Source of the DNA: Bugula neritina
Taxonomy: Eukaryota > Animalia > Bryozoa
Assembly: GCA_964035545.1 (NCBI GenBank)
Contig: OZ037766.1
Coordinates: 2,666,001-2,730,000, forward strand
Direction: 5' to 3'
Length of the DNA stretch: 64,000 nt
How positions within the stretch are numbered: the stretch's first letter is position 1; each line of letters starts with the position of its first letter. The position numbers were made by a program, and so were the translations under genes. Of the stretch, positions 38,252-50,648 are shown piece after piece. Under the pieces are notes generated by a model. It ran no database searches and was not told the origin of the DNA. It saw only the letters and a list, made by a program, of their open reading frames with translations.

Positions 38252-39899
38252 ATTCAGTTGTCTGCAAAAAATAAAGAACCTGCGGCAAAGTGTCATAATG
38301 AAGTATTTACATGCTAATTCGGATTTCAATGAATGGGTGGATAAAAACTAAGACATATTATGCAGTGATGTGAAACAAATAAAAAAGAAACTCTACCCAA
38401 ACAAGTTATATTAGAATGCTCAAACATTGAAACAATAAAAAACTGAAGTGACAAACAAATGCCATCATGCAATGTTATACCTGATATGTAGGTTTAAGTA
38501 TGCACCCAACAAATTAAGGGAGTAACTCAGGTAAATAAATAGTAATTATTCTGGCAGTTGAAAAATAATAATGAGCATAGTAGTCTAATGAAAATAATTA
38601 GTATAATAGCTAAAATATTTTTAAAATTCTTTCAGTAGATGTCATTTTAAGATGAAGCAAAAAAAACGAAAACTATACAAGCACACTTGAAACAAACCAC
38701 AATATTTGCAATCACAAACAAAAAGCAAGTTTGTTAATACCTTCTCCAAACATCACATTATGGCGGTTTTATCATCCTATATTTGTTGGGCATAAGATCA
38801 AGTTTATAAGTAACCGATTAAACAACCACCAACATGGCTGTAAAATAATAAGAGAAGCTTGTGGAAATTAAGAACCAGAGTAAACCTGTTTGGGTTTAAA
38901 CAGAACCCTTAAACCCGCGTTTCTCTGATCAAACTGCAGAGTAACTTGAAATAGCAGGCAAATTTTACATGAATCACAAACCTTCTAACTTCAACTATTC
39001 ACTGTTTGGATTAAAAAGAGTTCTCAGTAAAAATTTAATTCATATAATAACTGATGATGAATGTATTGTAGAGGTGGGAATTGTGCTAATTTTTTCCTTG
39101 TCATCAAAATCTATTGCATATATTTTTAGCTTAGTTCCAAAACTTTGGATTTGGTTATTTCATAATAAAACCATTTTTCATGCTGTAAAATTACACTTGA
39201 ACTTGAACTATGCCACTTTCTAGCCTTCAACTTTTATACTTAAGAAGTGACTCTGCCCATTACCAAGTTAACAATAAAATTTTATTGAAAATGACATTGC
39301 TAACAATTAATATTGCAACTATCCAATATTAGTAAAACAATTAATACTAACGGTAATTCCATCTATTAACCATAATTTAGATAATTATGTAATTCTTCAA
39401 ACTAGCTGTATTATTTAAATAACTCGAACTGATGTGATGTTTACTGTAGCATTGAAATGACATTTTATTTAGCTAACGGTATTTCTATGGGGCATAGTTT
39501 TAGCCCAACTAAAAACATACTGTAATAACTAATAACTAAATGTTAGCCAAGGAGTTAGTTTTAAGAATTACAGTTTACATCACTGTAACTATAAACCTAA
39601 AAAGACAAACCAACTTTAGGAATTAAGAATAAAGTACAAATGTAACTAAATGCTGAGCTAAAGAACATTGCAAGCTTTTGTTGCACTATGCTAATCTGTA
39701 CACAACCAGCATACATTATTACATCATAACTGGAGTTTTATAACTTAGTTAGTTATTCTATGCTTTTTAATGGCACAGCTATTTTTGCTACAACAAAAAG
39801 CTAACTTTAAAACTTCTATTTAAACCCAACATTTCTGTCATGCTTTCATTCAGTCTTTGGTGGTCAATACATACATTAAAACACAACACTAAATATTTC

Positions 39900-42460
39900 T
39901 ATTAATAATTAATTTAAGCATATTGATATTTATATCAATATTCAAACTGCTATACAATTACTATTAGTATTACTATATCGATATACAATTACAATGCAGA
40001 TATAATACAATTCAATATACAGTATGAATATAAATTTTAACTGGTGCAAGTTTAGCCCTAGGCTTAGTAACAAGTACGAGTTCAATACAAACAAATATAA
40101 TAATTATATTATTATCACTAATAAGTAATAGCAATACGAATAGGCAATAATAATATTGATAGTAATAGTATTAAATTTAGAATGATGCAACTAAACTAAT
40201 AGAGTAATACAGTAATAGTTATAGTTATAGTAATAGTGACAGTATGACTCAAACTGAAACTGCATATCTGATAAATAGGTCCAGTAGTAGTATATTTATT
40301 CCTATCAAAGACAGTAACTGTAAGTGTAACTATAACTATAAGTATTACTCTTAAATTTATTATACTGAAAGTGAGTGTATATTCAGTTACAGTATAGCAT
40401 AACGACAATCACCTTACCTCCAATTTCAGTATGACTATGAGATTGAGTATCAAAAGGATAATTCAAACTTTGCTATCTTTTACTTTATCTTAGCAATAGC
40501 TGAAGTTTGTGTTACCAAGCTGAGTCCAATTACTTGTTCAACTAGTTGTAGAACTTCTAAACTGAAAACTGGCAAAGTTTTATAGCTTAACCTCAGGCCT
40601 ATCTATGGATATGTCTATACTCTATGAGTATGAGTGAGGCTTATGTCTATGAAATTGAAACCCTTGCCACTGCCAGGCAGAACGACGAGAACATTATGAT
40701 TATGATTATAACTATCAATTAGTATAAATTATATAGCTGCTACAAAGAAGACTAGAATACTCGTACTTTTAATTTCTATCACTTTCACTGTGAGTGAGCA
40801 AGTATTACTATTACTATCACTATAATATATTATATTTTAATTTATTCGTTGATTGCTTACAGCAATGGGTCTACAGACTACAGTCGAAACTGAACTGAAC
40901 GGTTCAAGTGTCAAGGTCAAAACCGTAACTTAGTAACTTCCCTCAGTAAAAATATATTGACGGTACTAAATTGTACTGCCCGTGTAAGCCTAGAAGCTCC
41001 CACGCTAAAGTTCATCACCTCCACTAAACAAATTTATTACTTTTATTAGTAGGTTTTTTCAAAACTCCAACTGCAACCACTACTAGTAGTACTACTTTTA
41101 GTTTTACCTTTAGACTTTAGTTATATATATCCCCAAGCCCCAAGTGGCTTTTAGGGTAAAAACACATGAGTAAAATTTTTGTTTCTTGTATGCCTTTTTG
41201 CAACGTTTAGTATAGCCATAGTGACAGTACTCTTTTCATGACTTAAATAATAAATTAAAATGCTTAGTGATTAGTCTAAGTCTTATACTTATACTTATAG
41301 TTATAGAGTTATACTTATAGTTATACTTATACTTATAGAGTATAAGTATACTGTATAAACATAGTTATACAATCACATTGCGATTGTGAATGCTACAGAG
41401 TACAGATTACAGAGTTACTCTGCAGATTGAGATACTCATAACCATACCGATACTACAACTACAAGTATAAGTATAACTATAACAATTAACATAAGTATAA
41501 CTAACTCTAAGTGAGATACTGATAGGCGACAGTGTACTTATTTATAATACTTCGACTTAATACTTATACTTATAGTTACCAATTACTAAATTAGTATTAG
41601 TATTACTATTACTTTTAGTATAACTATAAGTATTACTATTAGTATTAGTAATACTACTAATATAAATATTATTAGTAATACTATTACTAATAATATTAGT
41701 AGTATTACTAATGCTAATAGTAATACTTATACTTATAGTTACATTATTACTATTATTAATAGTAATGATGTAACTATAAGTATAAATATTAATATAACTA
41801 TTATTAATTTATTATTAACATAACTATAACTATTATAGGTATTAGTAGTACTATTACTATTAGTGTTACTATTATTATTACCATTAGTATTACTATTACT
41901 AATAGTAATAGTTATTACTATTACTAATAGTAATAGTAAGACTACCAATATAGTTAATATATTCTTTTGCAGTATTATAACTCATAGGTGGTAATTTTAA
42001 AGACTTGGTCACTGAGAGTGAATGAATATCAGTATCGAATATAGATATATAGTTACTAATTAGTAAATATTAGATTGTTGCCAGAAGTTAGGCTTACTGA
42101 TTCTGAAGATTAAAGTAGGTTATTTTGATTGTTATTATCAAATTTATCATTATAAATTGTATCAGAGTTTTTGATGGTGTAATCTACCACCAGCCGAGTT
42201 TCAATATACTTTTTTAAGATGAAGATGAGAGCTGATTTTAGTCGGTAGTTTGTGGAGTCAATGTGTACTTTCTCTTAGTTAGTTGAAGTAGAATCATTCA
42301 ATCTACAATTTTGTATGTATTCTCATAGACTATAAAGATTACTGTCGTCAATATTTTCTATTATAAGCTCTTGCTGTTGCAGTTACTATTACTATTAATA
42401 TTGCTGTTGCTATTACTGTTACAGTTACTATGAAAGTCATTACATTGACTATGATGTATG
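39900..42460. repeat. Promoter-flanking periodic tracts between SLC45A3 and TMEM160
   Basis: ACTTAT/AGTTAT and ATTACT/ATTAGT runs at ~39900-40860 and ~41190-42460 around a more complex core at ~40860-41190. Confidence 0.75.
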
Positions 42461-42913
42461 GGTATAAAATTTTGTATGAATAAGATTAGAAATATTTAGA
42501 GACTGTTAATAGTTATGTTTGGTGCAAACTCAGCAAAATCTGGTAGTCATTGGAAATCAAAATGATTTGATTCGAATCATTTTTTCACAATTTCTGTCTA
42601 GATTTTTCGTTAGAACTGTATAATTTAGATTTTTTATCCAAAAGTTGTCATTTTCAATTATTATACTTTCATTGATATTTGACCAATTATGTATGCTTTT
42701 CGTTTTGCTAACTTACATGAGTTATGATATTTGTTAGCCCATAACTTAGTAACAAAAAATAGTTTGGACAGACTCGCTAGTTATTGTGAGTAATCATCTA
42801 GTTATAACTTTCGATATTAATATTTTTGCTTACCATTTATAACTAGAAACGAAGATGAAGACATCGTTGGAATGATGAAGACGTCTTTGGAATTGTAACT
42901 GAGTATCATCACA

Positions 42914-45900
42914 ATGAGTTGTATCAGATCAGCGTTTAGAAGTAACTTTCAGAGATTATCTCTCAGTCGCTCATCACCTTCTACAGTACCTTTAAGTAGC
43001 TACAGATTGGCTCCCCCCAGTTACAGAAGCTTGTGTACTCCTTGCCTGCAACACAAGAAGCTTTATTTTAGTACAAGTTGCAGACGCATTGCGGAGGAGC
43101 AGACGGATAAGAATGCTGTTATGGTTCGAGTGTTTGAACAAGGGAAGACCCTGCCTCACCAGCAATGGGTTAGTGGATTAATGTATGATTGGGAGTTGTC
43201 ATCACTCTGCTGTGTCTGCGTGTATTAGTTAAACATTTAAATGTTTCAGTGATTCTGTTATTAAACTTCTTGTAGATTATGAGAATGAACAATCAGAATG
43301 GTAAGTGTTAGTATATTGGTAAATGGAATAATCTGATGGTTTATTTTAATGTCTATGAGGCATGAGCTTAGCTCTGTTATTTTAGAATGTTTTACTTAAT
43401 TGATTGCCAATTTATCATGTTCATAGACCACATTCGCTCAAGTTTATTGAAAGCTCATGCTTTTTCATGTTTACTAGTGGCACAGTGGATTGCATTAATG
43501 ATGGACAACAAAATATAGTTTAAGTTCTACAAATTGATTTAGCTGATCGTTGTCGCGTAGCAGAGTACTACCCACCTATTGATGTAACAAATTTATTGTC
43601 ACACTACTACATTGTGTCATTGTGCTGCTGCAGGGTATTTATCTTGGTGTAGAAACTCCTACATCTGTCTGAGTATTACTGTGGCTGTGTCCATGTCCCC
43701 CCTCTTTCTGCCTGGCATGAGTATCAACGGAGGCCAAACATCCTTGACGGACTTTACATATACTATGAGTGGTATGTCACATATACTATGACTCTATGAG
43801 TGTGTGTCACATATACTATGAGTATGTCACATATACTATGAGTGGTATGTAATATGTGATAATAATATAATATGTCACACATGTCAAATAAGTTATCCGT
43901 AGATTTCTCAGCAATCATTTTTCAGTTAATAAAGTAGTGATACTCATGACTAAATCTCTGATACTTATTATATAACTTTACTACTTTTAAGAGTTATCTT
44001 GCCTCAGATACCTAATGGCTTGCTCTTCGTAATAAAGCTTTATTATTTGGAGTTATTCTACCTGTTATTAGTTGTAGTATAATAGCACTCTACTTACTAC
44101 TTATGGGAGTGGCTAAATCAATTAGGAGTTATTCCACCTTGAAATTTTTCAATTATTTCTAAAACTAACAAGTGCAGAAAAGTCAAAGTGTGTGCTATTT
44201 ATAAATTTCAAAAACACTTCTAAAATAATTCCCATCTCACTAGCCAGTCGGTATATATGCTGATCCTATACATCGTTGAAAGGGACTGATGTTTGTGTTT
44301 CCAGGCCTGGCTATGCTATCCATGGGGAACATGCTGTTTGGCTCTATAGAATTTCTCTATCAATCTTTCAGAACTAGAAAACTCACTCAAGTAAGTTGTC
44401 TTCTCATTTAGTCCTTAGATTTACCCATGCTTGTGTTTTCTAAAGATATTCTAATGCTTATTATTAGATTATGCCAGCATATATGCTTCACTTGCAGCTC
44501 AAATGCCACAACTGGGATTCTATCATGTTGACTACTGTGAGAAATACTTATTACAGCTGGCAGAGATTTTCTAGAAGGCTTTTTTATAATAATTAATTAC
44601 AAATTTCTTGTGAAAATTTTAGATGATGAATATTTAAGTGCTACATGCTTCTTGAAAAGTATTTATGAAGAAAATGAATTGGCACTCGCCTAAATTTTAT
44701 GCTGTAATATGATGTAGTTTATATTAGTTGGGAATTAAACCAGATAAAGGTAGTGGAGATGTAAGATTTTTTCTCAAAGATAAACATAACCAGTTCTATG
44801 CCTATCTGGACAGGTTTCATAGTTATAACAAACTCTCTGTAACCTTGTTTGGAATCATTAAAACACTGAATACTTGCTGACAGTGCAAAACATTATGCTT
44901 TGTAAAATATACACTGCAATGTAGGACAACCAAAATGTCTACATTCAACTTTGCCTGTATTCCATCCACAGGAAAATCTATCTTTTCCTTTATCATAAAA
45001 TATATGTGTATTTGTATCATGATAATAACATTGTATATTTGCACACATGTAAATATCTCATAATATTACAAAGTCAACACACAGCTGTGCCGCATACTGA
45101 AATCTTGATATCAGCCACAGATTACTTCAGTCAATAAGCAAACATTAGCCATTACCTCTGTGTTTTATATACTCTTTGCTGACTTTAAAAAGTACAGGCC
45201 TTGCTGTCAAATGTTATTATCTCCAAGAATATTAAAAGAGAATTGTTTGCAGTACATCAGTTTTTCCGAACATGCATGGTAAGCAGGATGTTAGTAATGC
45301 ATGGAAACTATTGAAACTTTTTGCACCCATTCTGGAACTCCAAACAAATAGGATAATTTTATTTTAATTCTACAACTTGATAATTACCTCTGCTCTATTC
45401 TTAGTAATGCGCAGTAATATAGAATGCGGTAGTGTAAAAATGTGTTTAAAAATTTCTAGCAATTGATTATGTTGTCAGTTACACATTGTAGAGATTTTAA
45501 TACCTCCAGCAGTATGAGAGAAAATGCATTTAATTTTATAGGCATTTATAGGCATTAGGTAATGTTTAAATTGGAATTTATCCGAACTACTTGGTAATTC
45601 TACAGACTCAAGGCTACAAGTGACAATTTAAGTTAATGATTTTGGCATGTAGTTGCAACGTAAAATCAAGAAATAATTTCCTTCGGCAGTTTGCCACTGA
45701 TAACTCTAAATACTTGTTATACAAATGTTGCAATCTAACCAAGTAGAATACTTTCACAATGATATAATTATTTCTAAAATTATTTTTTATTGAACTATAG
45801 TTATACATTTTTTGTTTAGAAAAACACATGTGCATTACCATTCAAATCATCATTTATTGCTGGGTTTTGCTTGTGGCAAAAGGTTTTTATTCTAATAACT

Positions 45901-46119
45901 CGAATACCAGTTTTTTTTATTTCTAATGCAAGTTTTAGTTGAGTAAATGTGTCTTTGTAGATATCATGGCCAGCGTTGTGTATATACACAGTGTTTGCAG
46001 TACTACATGCTCTACTGTTCTGTGACTTTGTGTACACTGTGATGCAAACATTCTCTGATAGTGAGACACTGGACATGGATGGTGACAATGGTGGTGGTGG
46101 TAAAACTAAGAGCTCATAG
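42914..46119 (+). CDS. TMEM160: TMEM160-like mitochondrial membrane protein
   Basis: Exons 42914-43168, 43276-43300, 43634-43771, 44305-44390, 45961-46119 join in frame; Arg/Ser-rich presequence, then QWIMRMNNQNGYLSWCRNSY (cf. recalled TMEM160 WLLRKAHETAFLSWFRNG), three hydrophobic segments and an acidic tail. Confidence 0.75.
43757..43850 (+). repeat. Short tandem repeat spanning the TMEM160 exon 3 donor
   Basis: 4 copies of CATATACTATGA(GTG|GTATGTCA); the first lies across the junction at 43771/43772. Confidence 0.85.
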
Positions 46120-46518
46120 CAGGAACAGTTGCTGTTTGATCTATTCATTCCCTATAATACTAAACTTTAATGTTAGTGGTGCTACGGTGTCAAATAGAGG
46201 TTTCAATGCTGCTATTTAGTACTATTATGTTAGTCTTTAGCTGTAAATGACATTTATTGATGTTTACCAAAATTTAAAATGTCACTTTTGCCTTGTTTAT
46301 CAATTTATTATGTGAAGTACAAAATACATAAATCATTCAACTGATTGTAAGAACATGATAAAATGAATATGAAAAATAGCATTTATATTTACATTTACAA
46401 AACACCTATTAAGAATTAAGCATAAAAGAATGATATTTCAGTGTTACAAAGAGGCCATTTGCTGACTTCAAACTTGTCCGAATCAGATCACTTGTCTCTG
46501 CTGCTGTGGCTCAGCTGA

Positions 46519-48922
46519 TTAGGCTAGTGAACGAGTTTTAGCTACCAGTCTTTCCTACAAAGTCATAACATGCATTCATCAACTGGAAGACACAGTAAAA
46601 GATATTTTCGTAGTCACTATTTCTGTTACATAAAGAATTTTCTGATGTACAGTAATATGTTCGTTATGTAATTGAGTTTCATCAACTACACACAGCCATG
46701 ACCTTAGCTGTTACACATACCAGTGGAGTTAGTTTTCCTCTTGATCTTCGCTTGGGTTTCACATTTACTTGATTATTGGCTGTGAGTACAGCTTCTTCTT
46801 GAGGCAGTGGAATCTCCTCTATTTCCTCTTCTGCTGGTGTCGAGGAACGCTTTACAGGTGCTAATTTTCTTACCTTCGGTCGTCTTTTTGTCACAGTTGT
46901 TGCTATTACCACCGGTGCTAGGAGGTTATTCTCGATTGGTTGAGGTTTTGGTGACTCTGGAACTGGTGTGGGGCTTTTTGGAGGGAGTGGTGTGGGGGTT
47001 TTTGGAGGGAGTGGTGTGGGACTTTTTGGAGGGAGTGGTGTGGGGCTTTTTGGAGGGAGTGGTGTGGGGCTTTTTGGAGGGAGTGGTGTGGGGCTTTTTA
47101 CTGGAATCAAGATTGGTACTGGGGTAGGCTCATATGTTTTAGTTGCAGGAACTTCTGGTGTCTCCACTGAAGCTAAGGGTACACTTGGTGCTGGTGTTAC
47201 TTCCTGTATGTAAGGACTTGATATCATAGTTGTTGGTGTTTCAATTTCACGTGAAGGAATACTTGGGGCTGGTGTTATTTCCCGTATGGAAGGGCTTGGT
47301 GATGCCATTATGGGAGTTTCTACTTGATATAAGGGAACACTTGGAGCTATCGGTGTTTCATGACTTGACACAGATGGCGTTGGATTTGCTGGAGTTGTTA
47401 TTTCATACAATGGAACGCTTGGTGCGGGTGTAGCAGCTAGTGGTGTATCACTTTGTGTGACTATGATTATTGGTACAGCTGCAGAAAATTTGTTTGGAGT
47501 TTCGGCTGTTTTCAAAGGAATACTTGGTGGCGGTGTTACCATATTTATTGCTGGAGTCACTACAGATTTAGAAGGAACACTTGGTGTTGGTGTCACCTTA
47601 TTAGGTGATGGTATGATTGCAGCTGTCTGAAGAACTTCTGGGGTTGGTGTGACTCTGTTTATTGCTGGGGTTGCAACCAGTTTCAGAGGAACACTTGGTG
47701 TTGGTGTCACCTTATTAGGTGATGATATGATTGCAGCTGGCTGAAGGACTTCTGGGGTTGGTGTGACTCTGTTTATTGCTGGGGTTGCAACCAGTTTGAG
47801 AGGAACACTCGGTGGTGGTGTTGGGTGCTTAGTAGCTGGTGTTACTGGGCTAGCAGCTGGGCTCGGTGCTAACCTCGTGCTTGCTACTGAATGAGTTTCT
47901 GTAGCACCTGGAATGACTAGAGTGTTGTTTGGCTCACCAACTTCTTCAGGAATGACAGACTCATACATCACAGGGGTGGGATCAACATTGCTCGCCACAT
48001 GCGCTGGTGTAAACTTTCGAAGAGATGAATATTTTTTAGCTCTTGTCAGCGATTTTAATAACTGCCCCCCAGCTGGTTCAACCTGGTTTCGTTGCTTTGC
48101 TACTAAAATTTGTATGGGTGAGCTAGCCATATCAGATGAGTTGAGCTTAGGTTGTGGGGTTTGCACAATTGTTTGTGTTTCTATGGTGCAAACCTGTGGC
48201 GCAGAAGTACTTGGAGCTTTTACTTCTGTTAAGTTTTCTATTTTCTTTTCATCCAATACCTGTTCAGCCTCCAATTCTTCGGTTACTTCTTCAGAGGTTT
48301 TCCCGATGTCTTCTGTTCTTTTTTCTACCTGTGGACACCAGGCAGCTGCCGCTACAGCCACTGCTGCAGATACTCGTAAAGCCTCAGCTACAGAAAAATA
48401 TTTAAATTTCTTAAAATTTCTAGCTTTGACAATTGCACGCTGGGCTACTACTGCTCCTGCTAAACTTAGTCCATTGTTTTTGTGTGAATTAGTTTTTGAT
48501 TTTGATTGGGCGGTCCATGAAGCACCCACAATTGCTACAGCAGCAACTTTCTTCAATGCTGCGGCTACTGATTTTTCAGGGTCCCCTTTTCTCCTTTTCA
48601 CTTTCGCAGCTGCTACTGCTGCTATAGCTTGACCAGTAATAGTTGCATTATGTGCAGGTTTTTTGGCAGTCCACGCAGCACCAATCAGAGCTACGGCACC
48701 AGCTGTTTTCAATGCTGATGCAATGCTATACTTAGGTGTTCGTTCACTTTTTTTCGTTCGAGGATCGGCCGCTTCACCAGCTTTTGCAAAGTATGTCAAT
48801 GGCCTATGGTATCCAACTTTGTTTGCTTTTCTTTTTCTATCTCTCTCTAGATCTAGATCTTCTTCTGCTAGAGATGAGTGGTCTGACAATTCGGACTCGT
48901 CTTCATAGATTAATGTCGCCAT
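46519..48922 (-). CDS. Uncharacterised ~751-aa protein: three Ala-rich Trp-ending repeats and a long Pro/Thr-rich region
   Basis: 2.2-kb open exon 48922-46703 (AAG|GTCATG) plus terminal exon 46554-46519 (TTGTAG|ERLVAKTRSLA*); no family recognised. Confidence 0.8.
46964..47099 (-). repeat. Coding 24-bp tandem repeat (KSPTPLPP x ~5.5)
   Basis: Plus strand GGAGGGAGTGGTGTGGGGCTTTTT repeated; translation in ORF track. Confidence 0.93.
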
Positions 48923-50648
48923 CCCTTATCAAGGTAGCTACAATGGAAAAGAATTAGTCAGTTTGTGTACCTGCATTCTACTTACTCATATCTTGGTCAT
49001 TTTACAAACAATATCTGAATGCATATGTGGCTAATGCAGTGTATGGTGATACAATTGATATGAATATTGATAAAGTTTTCAATTTTTAGAAATCACTAAC
49101 CATAACTATGTATTAGATACTCATGATATCTTATAAAGATAGACGCTCATAGAAAAGAGAGATGTTTGTTTAATAAATCAAACTTTTGAAATTTTACTCA
49201 TCAACAGTGTGGAGTGTAAACTTATAAACTCTTGCTAACTTATCAAATACTAACTTTGATTAATCATTTATAACACACTTGCATAATATGCTCGATTTTT
49301 AACAAGGTTCTACATCAGTTCTTAGGCATCTTGTATAGCTTGCAATATACCTTTATCCAAACAATATTAGAATACAACACAAGTATAAACTCTGCTATAT
49401 TCCTGTAAACACATCTCATGTTCAGTTTGTAATAAAAGAAAAAACCAACCTCTGGGTATAATTAATTCTGTTCCTGTAGGTATTAGATTAGCAAGATATC
49501 CTCAGTTTATGTTCAAAAGATTATAAAAGTTCAGCCTTGAAAGTTTTCACAATATTGAATAAACTTTCCTGCTATTCTTTGCGCACACATTTAACAAATA
49601 CAAAATTTTTACACTCAAATGATTTCCAGTGGCATGCAAGTGTTATGCAGTCGAACTCAACGAATAATTGGCAATCAAATTATTATAACTTTTGTATTCT
49701 AACAATGAGAGATTATTTTCTTTTATAATTTCATTCCCTCTAAGAATTGTGCAAAGAACTATGCTTATATAATGTGATTGTTAACAGTCCAAGGCAACCA
49801 ACATAACAATGTTTAAATGTTTACATCATTACCTATGCATGATCCTGTTTCAACTTGGTATTTACTTTTAAGCTTTAGCCCCCCCCCACCCCTCCATTGT
49901 ATTGAACACTTTTTGAGCATGTATGTGAAATCAGCTTCAATCTAGTACCGATTCAATAGCATTAACAACTTTCGTATTACATACAAGTAACTTTTATTTC
50001 ATAGGGTAGACAGATTCCCATTAAATTGAAAACTTCTGTTAACCCATGTATTTTATATGCCAATATATTGGAAAAATATTTATCAGTGCTATGCCCAAGC
50101 CTCAGAATAATAATTCTAATTAATTAGGTAACCAGTGACTGTATTTCAATATTTTAAATGGTCTTCTGATATAAATTCATTTGTTTAGCTATAGCTGAAA
50201 GTTTATCACATGCATCGGTTTGGATAGGAATCTAATTCACGGCAGCCAAAATAACACTAGACTGACTAGGTTGCTCAATTATTTGAATATATGATATAAT
50301 ATGTGTGCTATTCATGTATTTATTGATGCATATTGAAGACAATATAGTAAGCAGTTTTCTTGTTAAAACAGTTTAGAGCTGAGAAAACAGAAAACACATA
50401 ATATTATGCATTATGCAAACCTGTAATACCTATACACATCAAACAATTTATTGGAAAGTGAGCTGGATGACTAAGAAAAGACAACTCCAGACACACAAAA
50501 GTCTAAATACTCGCTGAGTTATCAACTCTCTAGATCAAAGCCTATAATATTTCATTGCTGCATAGCTGGGAAGGACTCGACAAAACCCGTGTCAAAACAT
50601 ATAACATGGTGTTAGACCTTAGGCTTAATGTAAAAAAAAGTATTAGCG

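Noticed and set aside
37836-38351. 171-aa plus-strand ORF
   Set aside because: Antisense to the well-supported SLC45A3 exon, with no recognisable motif.
46807-48957. Plus-strand ORFs (e.g. 47913-48632, 46807-47127)
   Set aside because: Antisense shadows of the long low-complexity minus-strand exon.
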